Origin: Bacillota bacterium
GTDB taxonomy: Bacteria; Bacillota; SHA-98; UBA4971
NCBI GenBank assembly: GCA_012518595.1
Contig: JAAYRV010000004.1
Location: 1-50,303 of the forward strand
Length of the DNA stretch: 50,303 nt
Direction of reading: 5' to 3'
Under the pieces are notes generated by a model. It did no database searches and had not been told where the DNA came from. It saw only the letters and a list, made by a program, of their open reading frames with translations. The number at the start of each line of letters is the position of its first letter. Position 1 is the first letter of the stretch. Made by a program: the position numbers and the translations under genes. Of the stretch, positions 26,211-33,545 are shown piece after piece.

Positions 26211-26975
26211 ATGTATACGTCGAATAACGTAAGAGCGAACAGAAATCGTTCAGGGCCGGTTGTTGCCATTGATGGGCCTGCAGGTTCAGGGAAGAGTACA
26301 GTAGCAAAGGCCATAGCAAAAATGTTTGATATGGCTTATGTCAGTACAGGCCTTATTTACCGGGCTCTGACCTTAAAGGCATTACGCCTCGGAGTCAACG
26401 TTCGAGAGCCTCAATCGGTAGTCAGATTGGCCGAGACTACTGAAGTTGCGGTTTTACCCGATGAAGGTGAATGCCGTGTTCTCCTTGACGGTGAGGATGT
26501 AACAGGTGAGCTGACATCTCCGCAGGTGGGCGCTTATGTATCGGAAGTAGCGGAGATTCCGGGAGTGAGGACTGCTCTTTTGGACATACAACGAGCAATA
26601 GGAAATAAGGGCAGCGTAGTAATGGACGGAAGGGATATTGGAACTGTTGTTATGCCTGACGCAGACGTAAAGATATTCCTTGTGGCGGATTTTGACGAGC
26701 GTGTGCGTAGACGGGTAATTCAAGCCCGCGAGCGAGGATATGACGTGGTAGAAGAGACTATTATCAACGAAATCATGCATAGAGACAAAATTGACAGTGG
26801 ACGGACGGTAGCTCCCCTTAAACCGGCGCCTGATTCCATTGCCATTGACACCACGGGAAAAACTCCTGAAGAAACCATCAGCGAAGTGGCAGGTGTCATT
26901 CACTCGATACTTTCCAAGGATAAGAATATCAGGAATGTGTCCGGGGGCAAGGAGGAAGCGCCTTGTTTTATGTAA
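26211..26975 (+). CDS. cmk: Cytidylate kinase
   Basis: VVAIDGPAGSGKST P-loop; DGRDIGTVV. Has a roughly 25-aa C-terminal extension relative to my expectation. Confidence 0.9.
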   Translation: MYTSNNVRANRNRSGPVVAIDGPAGSGKSTVAKAIAKMFDMAYVSTGLIYRALTLKALRLGVNVREPQSVVRLAETTEVAVLPDEGECRVLLDGEDVTGELTSPQVGAYVSEVAEIPGVRTALLDIQRAIGNKGSVVMDGRDIGTVVMPDADVKIFLVADFDERVRRRVIQARERGYDVVEETIINEIMHRDKIDSGRTVAPLKPAPDSIAIDTTGKTPEETISEVAGVIHSILSKDKNIRNVSGGKEEAPCFM

Positions 26976-27601
26976 TCATTAGGGCAATTCTCAGATTCGT
27001 CATGAGAATTGCCTTTAGTATGCAAGTAGAAGGTAAGGCTAACATTCCGGAAGAAGGCGGCGTGATCTTGGCTGCCAACCACTCAAGCATGCTCGACCCT
27101 GTGGTGGTGGGGTGTGCCATAGATCGGCCCATTCGATTCATGGCAAAGCGTGAGTTATTTGATAACCCTTTTCTTGGGATAATAGCGCGCGGTCTAGGCG
27201 CTTTTCCCGTTCAGCGCGGAAAAGATGATAAGGACGCATTCCGTCAAGCTCTCGAAGTGCTTAGGAACGGTCAAGTATTGGGAATGTTTCCCGAAGGAAC
27301 CAGGAGCGTCGACGGCAGGCTGCAGAAAGCATATTCCGGGGCAGCCGTGCTGGCGGAGAAAACCGATGCCTATCTGGTACCGGTGGGGATAGTCGGCACA
27401 AATAGGGTTATGCGTAAAGGTGCTGTCCTTCCCAGAGGGGGACGCATTTATGTGAGATTTGGCAAGCCGATTATTCCTGCTGAAGTATGCTCCATGATTT
27501 CCCTGGATGAGTGCTCAGTCAGGCCGAAAGATGCTATTACAAATCTCATGATGGAGGAGATCAAGAGATTGGTCGGGAGCTTTAGTGAGTCGCCATGTTA
27601 A
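26963..27601 (+). CDS. plsC: 1-acyl-sn-glycerol-3-phosphate acyltransferase family protein
   Basis: NHSSMLD (HX4D) and FPEGTRS motifs. Confidence 0.85.
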   Translation: MFYVIIRAILRFVMRIAFSMQVEGKANIPEEGGVILAANHSSMLDPVVVGCAIDRPIRFMAKRELFDNPFLGIIARGLGAFPVQRGKDDKDAFRQALEVLRNGQVLGMFPEGTRSVDGRLQKAYSGAAVLAEKTDAYLVPVGIVGTNRVMRKGAVLPRGGRIYVRFGKPIIPAEVCSMISLDECSVRPKDAITNLMMEEIKRLVGSFSESPC

Positions 27602-27648
27602 GTTTAGTGTGATGTTGGGAGATAATAGGGAAGAAGGTAGAACGGGTA

Positions 27649-29919
27649 TTGCAGGTTATGATTGGTGAACACAGCGGGTTCTGCTTTGGGGTTAAGCGAG
27701 CGGTTGAAATTGCTGAAGCGGCAGGCGCCGAAGGCACAGCCTTCACCCTCGGTCCCCTGGTTCATAACCCTCAGGTTGTCGCCAAACTAAGAGAAATAGG
27801 AATTATTCCGGTATCGGGTTTAAGTGAGATTTTAGATGGTTGTATGATAGTACCGTCCCACGGGCTACCGCCTTCTATTATTGATGAGGCCTTGACGAGA
27901 GGGCTGAGAGTCGTTAATGCCACTTGTCCGTACGTCAGGCGTATACAAGAGCGGGTAGCTGAGTTAGACAGTAAGGGCTATCAGGTGTTTATTGTTGGTG
28001 ACGAAGGACATACAGAAGTAGTCGGGCTGGTGGATTGGGCCGGAGGTAATGCAAGGGTTGTCAAAACCAGTGAGGACGTGGCATCCGGTTCCGTCGAGCC
28101 CAAGGTCGGTGTTGTTTGCCAGACCACCCAGACAATTGAGGCTTTTCGCCGGGTTCTAGCTGCCCTTGCCTTGAGGGCTAAAGAGCTTGTGGCCTACAAT
28201 ACAATATGTAATGCTACTTGTAAAAGGCAGGATGCTGCACGCAAGCTGGCACAATCAGTTGATGCCGTGATTGTGGTCGGCGGGCGAGCCAGCGCGAATA
28301 CGCGAAGGCTTGTAGAAATATGTCAGGCGGAAGGCGCTAGGGTCTACTGGGTGGAAGGGCCGGAAGACCTAAATGCCCTGGACTTTTCCGGACTCGAAAG
28401 GGTGGGGTTAACGGCGGGGGCATCAACGCCAAATTGGGTTATCGAGGAGGTCGTTGAGAGGATGAGCGCACTGGATGAAGAGAAGATAAATGAGTTGGGG
28501 GTAACAGAGATTACTGAGGACAAAATTGAGAACGAAGTTGAATGCGTTGATCTAAGTGAAGAGGCAAGCGAAAAGGAAATGCAGGAAATTCCTGAGGATT
28601 CAGTTGAATGCGCCGACAGTGAAGGGGAAGATAAGGACACACCGCAAGGAGAGCCTGAGACTTCGCAGGTGGACGAAGAAGAGCCTGAAACTTCACAGGT
28701 AGAGGAAGAGGAGCCTGAAACTTCACCGGTAGAAGAAGAGCCGGATCTTACAGGACCTGAAGAGGAGGAACCGGTGACTGTGGATATGCCGCTCCAACCA
28801 GCGTTTGTAGAGGGCGACATAGTCCAAGGTGCGGTTGTCATGGTTGAACCTGAGCGGGTCCTTGTCGATATTGGACTGAAGTCCGAAGGCGTAGTGCCGA
28901 GAAATGAAATTGCCAGAAGACAGGTAGAATCATGCGAAGGTATAGTCAATGTAGGTGACAAGATAGATGTTTTAGTCGAGAAACTGGAATCCAGCAGCGG
29001 TGAGCCACTGCTATCTAAGCGGAAGGCTGATATTGCCAAGGCATGGGATGCAATTTTTGACGCTCTTGAGAATGACGGTATAGTCGAAGGGGAAGTCACA
29101 GACGTAGTCAAAGGCGGTATCGTTGTAGATGTCGGCCTGAGGGGTTTTGTCCCTGCCTCACATGCAGGTATCCGTCCTATTCAGGATCTGGGAACTCTTG
29201 TCGGAAAGACTCTTCGAATGAAGGTTCTGGAAGCTGACAGGGATAAGAAAAACGTGGTTCTCTCCGCACGGCGAGTGCTTGAAGAAGAGCTGGCTGAAGC
29301 CAGGAAACGTGTGTTCGAATCTCTAAACGAAGGCATAATTGTCGAAGGTATCGTAAGACGTGTCGTTAATTTTGGGGCGTTTATCGACATAGGCGACGGA
29401 GTGGAAGGTCTTCTTCACGTTTCGGACATGGCCTGGACGAGAACGGAAGATCCCAAAGATGTGGTCTCAGAAGGAGAACGAATAAGAGTAAAGGTTCTGG
29501 GTGTAGACAGGGAGCGCGAGCGAATTTCATTGGGTCTCAAACAAACCCTTCCGGATCCATGGGATGACGTGACCACAAGATACCCAGTAGGTGACATTGT
29601 CAAAGGCACAGTCACCAAAACAGTGGATTTTGGCGCTTTTGTTCAGTTGGAACCTGGGATTGAAGGCCTTGTGCATATCTCGCAATTAGCTGATAGACGA
29701 GTGGAGAGGCCTGATGATATAGTCAGTCCCGGAGATGAGATTGCGGTAAAGGTCATCAGTGTAAGGCCCAGAGACCACAGGATCGGCTTGAGTCTGAAAG
29801 AAGCTCAATCCGAAGAGGAGAAGCGCGTCTATAAGAAGTACGCGGATAGATCCGATAGCCAAGGGCCTACTATTGGTGATGTTTTTGGCGATATTCTCAA
29901 GAACTCACAGGAAGAATAG
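27649..29919 (+). CDS. ispH: Fusion protein: 4-hydroxy-3-methylbut-2-enyl diphosphate reductase (IspH) joined to 30S ribosomal protein S1 (four S1 domains)
   Basis: N-terminal SGFCFGVKRAV...CPYV...GDEGHTEV...ASANTRRL IspH motifs. An acidic repeat linker follows, then four S1 repeats (GxVxxVxxFGAFVxL-like). The alternative start is ATG 27658. Confidence 0.88.
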   Translation: MQVMIGEHSGFCFGVKRAVEIAEAAGAEGTAFTLGPLVHNPQVVAKLREIGIIPVSGLSEILDGCMIVPSHGLPPSIIDEALTRGLRVVNATCPYVRRIQERVAELDSKGYQVFIVGDEGHTEVVGLVDWAGGNARVVKTSEDVASGSVEPKVGVVCQTTQTIEAFRRVLAALALRAKELVAYNTICNATCKRQDAARKLAQSVDAVIVVGGRASANTRRLVEICQAEGARVYWVEGPEDLNALDFSGLERVGLTAGASTPNWVIEEVVERMSALDEEKINELGVTEITEDKIENEVECVDLSEEASEKEMQEIPEDSVECADSEGEDKDTPQGEPETSQVDEEEPETSQVEEEEPETSPVEEEPDLTGPEEEEPVTVDMPLQPAFVEGDIVQGAVVMVEPERVLVDIGLKSEGVVPRNEIARRQVESCEGIVNVGDKIDVLVEKLESSSGEPLLSKRKADIAKAWDAIFDALENDGIVEGEVTDVVKGGIVVDVGLRGFVPASHAGIRPIQDLGTLVGKTLRMKVLEADRDKKNVVLSARRVLEEELAEARKRVFESLNEGIIVEGIVRRVVNFGAFIDIGDGVEGLLHVSDMAWTRTEDPKDVVSEGERIRVKVLGVDRERERISLGLKQTLPDPWDDVTTRYPVGDIVKGTVTKTVDFGAFVQLEPGIEGLVHISQLADRRVERPDDIVSPGDEIAVKVISVRPRDHRIGLSLKEAQSEEEKRVYKKYADRSDSQGPTIGDVFGDILKNSQEE
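28651..28740 (+). repeat. In-frame 30-bp tandem repeat x3 in the IspH-S1 linker
   Basis: Units are gagcctgaRacttcRcaggtRgaSgaagaR at 28651, 28681 and 28711. They encode (EPETSQV[D/E]EE)-like decapeptides. Confidence 0.9.
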
Positions 29920-29977
29920 AGCACCTGGGTTTCCAGACAGCATCTATATTTGAGTAAGCATGAATGCAAGCTGACAT

Positions 29978-30010
29978 AGCGCCGATGGTTCTCGACCATC
30001 GGCGCTTTCA
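29978..30010 (+). terminator. Terminator-like hairpin after ispH::rpsA
   Basis: AGCGCCGATGGT-tctcg-ACCATCGGCGCT (12-bp perfect stem) followed by TTCATCTCT, a weak U tract. Confidence 0.6.
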
Positions 30011-30016
30011 TCTCTC

Positions 30017-30366
30017 TAGGTAGATTACCATGAAACCGTTGAACTTCTCCAGTAGTTGCCAGTTTCGCCGAAGACGGCGACCGGTTTTTGCGATTCAAGC
30101 GAGCTGCGTTAACATAATGTGGGAGAGAACAACGGTCTCCTCCATAAGTAATCGCCGGTTCCAGTGAGTGTACGTACCGTGCGGGTTTCCGGTCCCGCAC
30201 TCGGGGACGGCACCCCAAGCGGGTCGCCTTGACAAAATCCCGCCCGTAGGCTGGTGGCCGAATTCTGACACCCCTCGTTGCAATTACCGGCTTCAGAAAA
30301 TGTACGTACCGTGCGGGACCACCCAAGACCTCGGAAAACGAGCGAAAACCAATGAACTCATACTCA
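30017..30366 (-). repeat. Mosaic interspersed repeat, copy D (longest: two cores, ~90-nt block, 108-bp cassette)
   Basis: The reverse complement aligns with copy B over the central block (roughly 85-90% by eye) and with copy C elsewhere. Confidence 0.85.
30032..30139 (-). mobile_element. 108-bp MITE-like cassette, nested in repeat copy D in the opposite orientation
   Basis: Termini are GAAACCGTTG...CAACGGTCTC. Flanked by TACCAT (30026-30031) and CTCCAT (30140-30145). The host repeat flanks have the same orientation as in copy C. Confidence 0.75.
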
Positions 30367-30449
30367 GGAATAACCCTTCTGAGATAGGGAAAAGCTATTT
30401 TCCAGGGTGTGGAAGAGAGTCTGTTTCCACGGATGAAGGGGGCTTTGGT

Positions 30450-31145
30450 ATGACAGTCGGACTCATTCTGCTGCTCGTAGTAAGTGTTGTCATTTTTCTC
30501 GGACTTGCTCACAGGGTTCTTGATCGGATGCGTCTCAATGACAAACAAGCCCTGGTGGCTGTTTTGCTGATTCTAGTCGGAGGATTCGTTGATATTCCTA
30601 TATATCGCGGTATTCAGACGGTTAGCATCAATCTTGGGGGCTCAGTAGTCCCTGTGTTCCTAGCCATATACGTATTGGCCCGTGCTGACACGCCCGCTGA
30701 AACCAGACGAGGTATCTTTTCTGCAGTAGCTACAGGAGCAGCTCTTGTAGCCATATCAAAGATATTCACGTTCGAAGAAGGCAGAACGATAATTGACTCA
30801 GTATACGTTTTCGGACTGGTAGCAGGGGCTATAGCATACCTGCTCGGTAGATCCAGGCGTGCAGCGTTTTCAGGCGCAGTCTTAGGTGTTGTGATCCTGG
30901 ATATTGCCCATCTGGTGGAAGTCGTAATCAAACGGCTCCCGTCTACTGTAAATCTGGGTGGAGCAGGAGCCTTTGATGCAGTAGTCATCGCCGGCGTCAT
31001 TGCTGTAGGTCTTACCGAATTGTTCGGCGAAACCATGGAGCGACTGCAAGGGGGGCACATACCGGAGAGTCGAGGCGGAGCTGACGTTGTTTCGAAATCC
31101 ATAGACCATGAACAGGACATACCAGGCGATGAGTCTGACGAATAA
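30450..31145 (+). CDS. DUF1614-like integral membrane protein
   Basis: 231-aa polytopic protein (INLGGSVVPV, NLGGAGAFDAVV). ATG at 30450 lies 7 nt after GAAGGGGG. The ORF-track N-terminal 94 aa are translated repeat DNA. Confidence 0.65.
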   Translation: MTVGLILLLVVSVVIFLGLAHRVLDRMRLNDKQALVAVLLILVGGFVDIPIYRGIQTVSINLGGSVVPVFLAIYVLARADTPAETRRGIFSAVATGAALVAISKIFTFEEGRTIIDSVYVFGLVAGAIAYLLGRSRRAAFSGAVLGVVILDIAHLVEVVIKRLPSTVNLGGAGAFDAVVIAGVIAVGLTELFGETMERLQGGHIPESRGGADVVSKSIDHEQDIPGDESDE

Positions 31146-31163
31146 GCGGGGGGGTATCAGCAT

Positions 31164-32252
31164 ATGACCGGCACTGGGCACGAATATCATAGCATTCGAA
31201 GAAGCCGCGTGTTACGCGTAGCACTCATAGTAGCTATTGTCTCTCTGGCTTGCGGATTGCTCTTTCAAGGGACTCTATTTGCCGAAGATGAACTGTCCGA
31301 AGGTTACTACACTCTGGTTGACGAGGATGAAAATGCAGTTTTTCACACTGCTCTTGTGCTTTCTCCCGGCGATATGTTCATTAATGAAGACAACAGAACT
31401 TATGAAGTTGTTAGAATCCACGAGCAGACTGCGTACGCGCGCTTTACGGAGACAACCACTTTAGACGAGGGCCACGAGGCTTTTGGAGATGGCATAACAT
31501 CGCTTTTATCCGGTGTCGCAAGGAGCTTAAGTCAGATGTTTTTTGCCGAACAGAAGCCGGCAGAAAGAACTGTGGTGCTATATAACACCCATAGTGATGA
31601 GTCCTATGAACCTTCAAGCGGTTCATCCACAAAGGATTGGGGCGATGTTTACAAGGTTGCAGCTGCGTTTGAGCAAGCCCTTAAGAAACAGGGATTTGAT
31701 GTGGTAAGAGCTACTGATAATCACAATCCCCATGACGGCGGTGCATATGCTCGTTCAAGGCGGACTTTAGCCAAGCTACTGAAGCAACAACCTACCGCAG
31801 CCTTCGACATTCACAGAGATGCTGTGCCTCCCGAGGCTTATAGGGCTACTGTCCTAGGAGAAGAAGTGACCAAAATAACGCTGGTCATAGGTCAGCAAAA
31901 CCAGACCAGGGGTCAGAATCTTCGCTTCGCAAAGCAACTGAAGTCAGCTACTGATTCCAAGGCGCCGGGTCTCATAAAGGGAATTCTGTGGGCTCAAGGG
32001 AATTACAATCAAGACATGTTGCCCAGAGCAGCGTTATTGGAAGTAGGCGCCCACACTAACAATCTTGAGGAGGCAGAAAGGGCTGTTGGAATTCTCGCGT
32101 CTGCCATTGCGCCGGTAGTATCCACACCCGGAGCTGCAAAGGGTTTAGACCGGGGTTCTCCGGCAAGGTCCATTGCATGGATTATTGGAATAGTGATTGT
32201 GGCAGGTGTAGGCTACGTCCTAGTCAACTCCAGGAGACTCCGGAGGCAGTGA
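31164..32252 (+). CDS. spoIIP: Stage II sporulation protein P
   Basis: VVLYNTHSDESY...FDIHRDA...ITLVIGQQN motifs of the SpoIIP amidase/endopeptidase family. Confidence 0.88.
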   Translation: MTGTGHEYHSIRRSRVLRVALIVAIVSLACGLLFQGTLFAEDELSEGYYTLVDEDENAVFHTALVLSPGDMFINEDNRTYEVVRIHEQTAYARFTETTTLDEGHEAFGDGITSLLSGVARSLSQMFFAEQKPAERTVVLYNTHSDESYEPSSGSSTKDWGDVYKVAAAFEQALKKQGFDVVRATDNHNPHDGGAYARSRRTLAKLLKQQPTAAFDIHRDAVPPEAYRATVLGEEVTKITLVIGQQNQTRGQNLRFAKQLKSATDSKAPGLIKGILWAQGNYNQDMLPRAALLEVGAHTNNLEEAERAVGILASAIAPVVSTPGAAKGLDRGSPARSIAWIIGIVIVAGVGYVLVNSRRLRRQ

Positions 32253-32317
32253 GTTCCTCGATTGATCCACAGTTTGCAAGGCCTGGTCCGAGCCGGTAGC
32301 GTGGGGGTCCGAAAAGA

Positions 32318-32815
32318 GTGAAGGTAATATACTGCTGCTATGGCAGCTCCCACTCTTCTGTGGTGGCTGCAGCCATCCACCTTGGAAATCTGCCTACCGA
32401 CACCATACCGCACCCACGGGATATCCTGAACCTGCCTTACTATGATAGAGTAACCATGGACGAGGTCGGAGCTTGCATACATATGGGACGTGATGATATC
32501 GGATGCGACGTGTATATCCTAGGTATGGGGCCTGGAAGAAGGATTGTGAAACGTGCCGTGGAAAGCATTTTTCAAGTCTGTGGGGTTTCAAGAGATTCAT
32601 ATATGCTTGTGGACACCTTAACGTCAATAGGGGTCATTACGAAAATAGGAGGGTTCCTATCCAGAAGAATAGGTCTTACGCGAATCGGCCGACCGATGGC
32701 TACTTGGGGTATACGGCGAGCTTATCCCAGGCTGGTATCTATTGTTGCCCGGGTTAAGTCAGATCCTCGCTACCTCAGTTTCCGTTCGTTTTCCGAGGCC
32801 TTGGGTTACCGGTGA
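32318..32815 (+). CDS. DUF3189 family protein
   Basis: MKVIYCCYGSSHSSVVAAAIHLG matches the recalled DUF3189 N-terminus. The last 13 codons and the stop are encoded by repeat copy E. Confidence 0.65.
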   Translation: MKVIYCCYGSSHSSVVAAAIHLGNLPTDTIPHPRDILNLPYYDRVTMDEVGACIHMGRDDIGCDVYILGMGPGRRIVKRAVESIFQVCGVSRDSYMLVDTLTSIGVITKIGGFLSRRIGLTRIGRPMATWGIRRAYPRLVSIVARVKSDPRYLSFRSFSEALGYR

Positions 32816-32933
32816 CCTATATGCAGTCCCCGAGTGCAACACCGGCCTCAGAAAACGTACATACCTTGCGGGGCCACCCCGCACGGCACGTACACCTTTT
32901 TGGAACGGTCGAACACTTATGGCGATCTACTTA
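32775..32933 (+). repeat. Mosaic interspersed repeat, copy E (5'-truncated; contains an inverted plus a direct core)
   Basis: TCAGTTTCCGTTCGTTTTCCGAGGCCTTGGGT..., the short central block shared with copy C, and ...CTTATGGCGATCTACTTA. Confidence 0.75.
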
Positions 32934-33136
32934 GGTGAGCCCATCGACCACTGAGAGACCTTCAGATCCGCCAAAGTGGATCTCAGGAAGAGCCAGTCGA
33001 CCCCATGGAAGCCATCAGATCCCCCTGATTGGCTTACTGGGTGAGCCATTCAGCCACTGAGAAACTATCAGATCAGTCTGAATGGCTCTCCAAACGAGCC
33101 CTGTTCGACTAACACCCTGCAATGGGACCATATATG
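32931..33136 (+). repeat. Diverged ~102-nt tandem duplication directly following repeat copy E
   Basis: Unit starts are TTAGGTGAGCCCATCGACCACTGAGAGACCTTCAGATC (32931) and CTTACTGGGTGAGCCATTCAGCCACTGAGAAACTATCAGATC (33033). The first ~40 nt are about 80% identical by eye; the rest is weaker (GAGCC..GT.CGAC). Confidence 0.6.
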
Positions 33137-33248
33137 CTTTTGCATAGATGGGCAAGACTTCCATCCAATTGGCAGCCACAATCAGGGTGCTAGTTGGAAC
33201 GCATATCCGGGAAATACGGCGTCTGCGGAATTCCTGGTTCATGCGCTT

Positions 33249-33316
33249 GTGTGGTTCATGTGCTGGTGTAGTTACTGCGCCAGTGTGGTTCCTGCGTTGG
33301 TGTTTCCTACGTCGGT
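33249..33316 (+). repeat. Two tandem ~34-nt units
   Basis: GTGTGGTTCATGTGCTGGTGTAGTTACTGCGCCA followed by GTGTGGTTCCTGCGTTGGTGTTTCCTACGTCGGT. Confidence 0.6.
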
Positions 33317-33442
33317 AGTGTAAAGTTGTAGTAGGTGATCGGGGGTTAGATCTAGAATGAGACCCCCGGCGGCATTAAAGCCGTACCCGCGCCGAAAGGA
33401 GAAGAGGTCTCGCCATGTTCAAAGTTCGACAGATAGTGAGGG

Positions 33443-33503
33443 TAGTCCTTTTGGTGTTAGTCCTTTTGGTGTGGTTGACACTGGATACTCGGTATGGTAC
33501 ACT
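33443..33503 (+). promoter_or_regulatory. Perfect 15-bp direct repeat abutting a sigma-A-type promoter of the prsA-like gene
   Basis: TAGTCCTTTTGGTGT x2 (33443-33472), then GG, TTGACA (33475-33480), a 17-nt spacer and TACACT (33498-33503). Confidence 0.6.
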
Positions 33504-33545
33504 AAACGCGTTCTTGTGCAGCGTGTGAAAAGGGAGGAACCAAGG

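Noticed and set aside
28344-29111. 255-aa minus-strand ORF antisense to ispH::rpsA.
   Set aside because: It is a Ser/Thr-rich, low-complexity mirror image of the acidic linker and S1 region. It lies entirely inside a confidently assigned gene and has no RBS.
30085-30115. Promoter-like TTGCGA-N16-TAACAT inside the 108-bp cassette as an orientation-dependent outward promoter.
   Set aside because: Both hexamers match the consensus at only 4/6 positions with a 16-nt spacer. This is too weak to call as a feature and is kept only as a testable idea in the cassette finding.
29829-30548. 239-aa minus-strand ORF, plus the 94-aa N-terminal extension of the + ORF starting at 30168, both spanning repeat copy D.
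   Set aside because: Both are translations of the interspersed DNA repeat. The same peptide words recur in different frames and strands at other copies. There is no RBS. The downstream gene has a good RBS and start at 30450.
11665-32933. Could the recurring elements be a CRISPR array or degenerate CRISPR repeats?
   Set aside because: The copies are 2-10 kb apart and separated by housekeeping genes. They are 100-350 bp long and internally mosaic. There is no short repeat/spacer periodicity and no cas genes.
32948-33075. CCACTGAGAGAC / CCACTGAGAAAC words looked like a hammerhead-type CUGAnGA core.
   Set aside because: The sequence is CUGAGAG/CUGAGAA, not CUGANGA followed by the required helix II and GAAA. 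No three-way junction can be drawn.
33015-33242. 75-aa minus-strand ORF in the long gap upstream of the prsA-like gene.
   Set aside because: It has no RBS, it spans the diverged tandem duplication, and no motif is recognisable.
33425-33431. Spo0A-box heptamers (TTCGACA at 33425, TGTCGAA at 3369, another inside gpsA at ~37433) as evidence of Spo0A control.
   Set aside because: A given 7-mer in either orientation is expected about 6 times by chance in 50 kb, and one copy lies inside a coding region. They are mentioned only as context.
33357-33545. ORF-track N-terminal extensions: prsA-like from 33357, pdp from 6817, dacF from 8319, spoIIAB from 10030, ktrA from 23126, oxidoreductase from 24578, ddl from 41024.
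   Set aside because: The extensions overlap upstream genes, promoters or terminators and lack RBSs. Internal starts with good SD spacing give proteins of canonical length.
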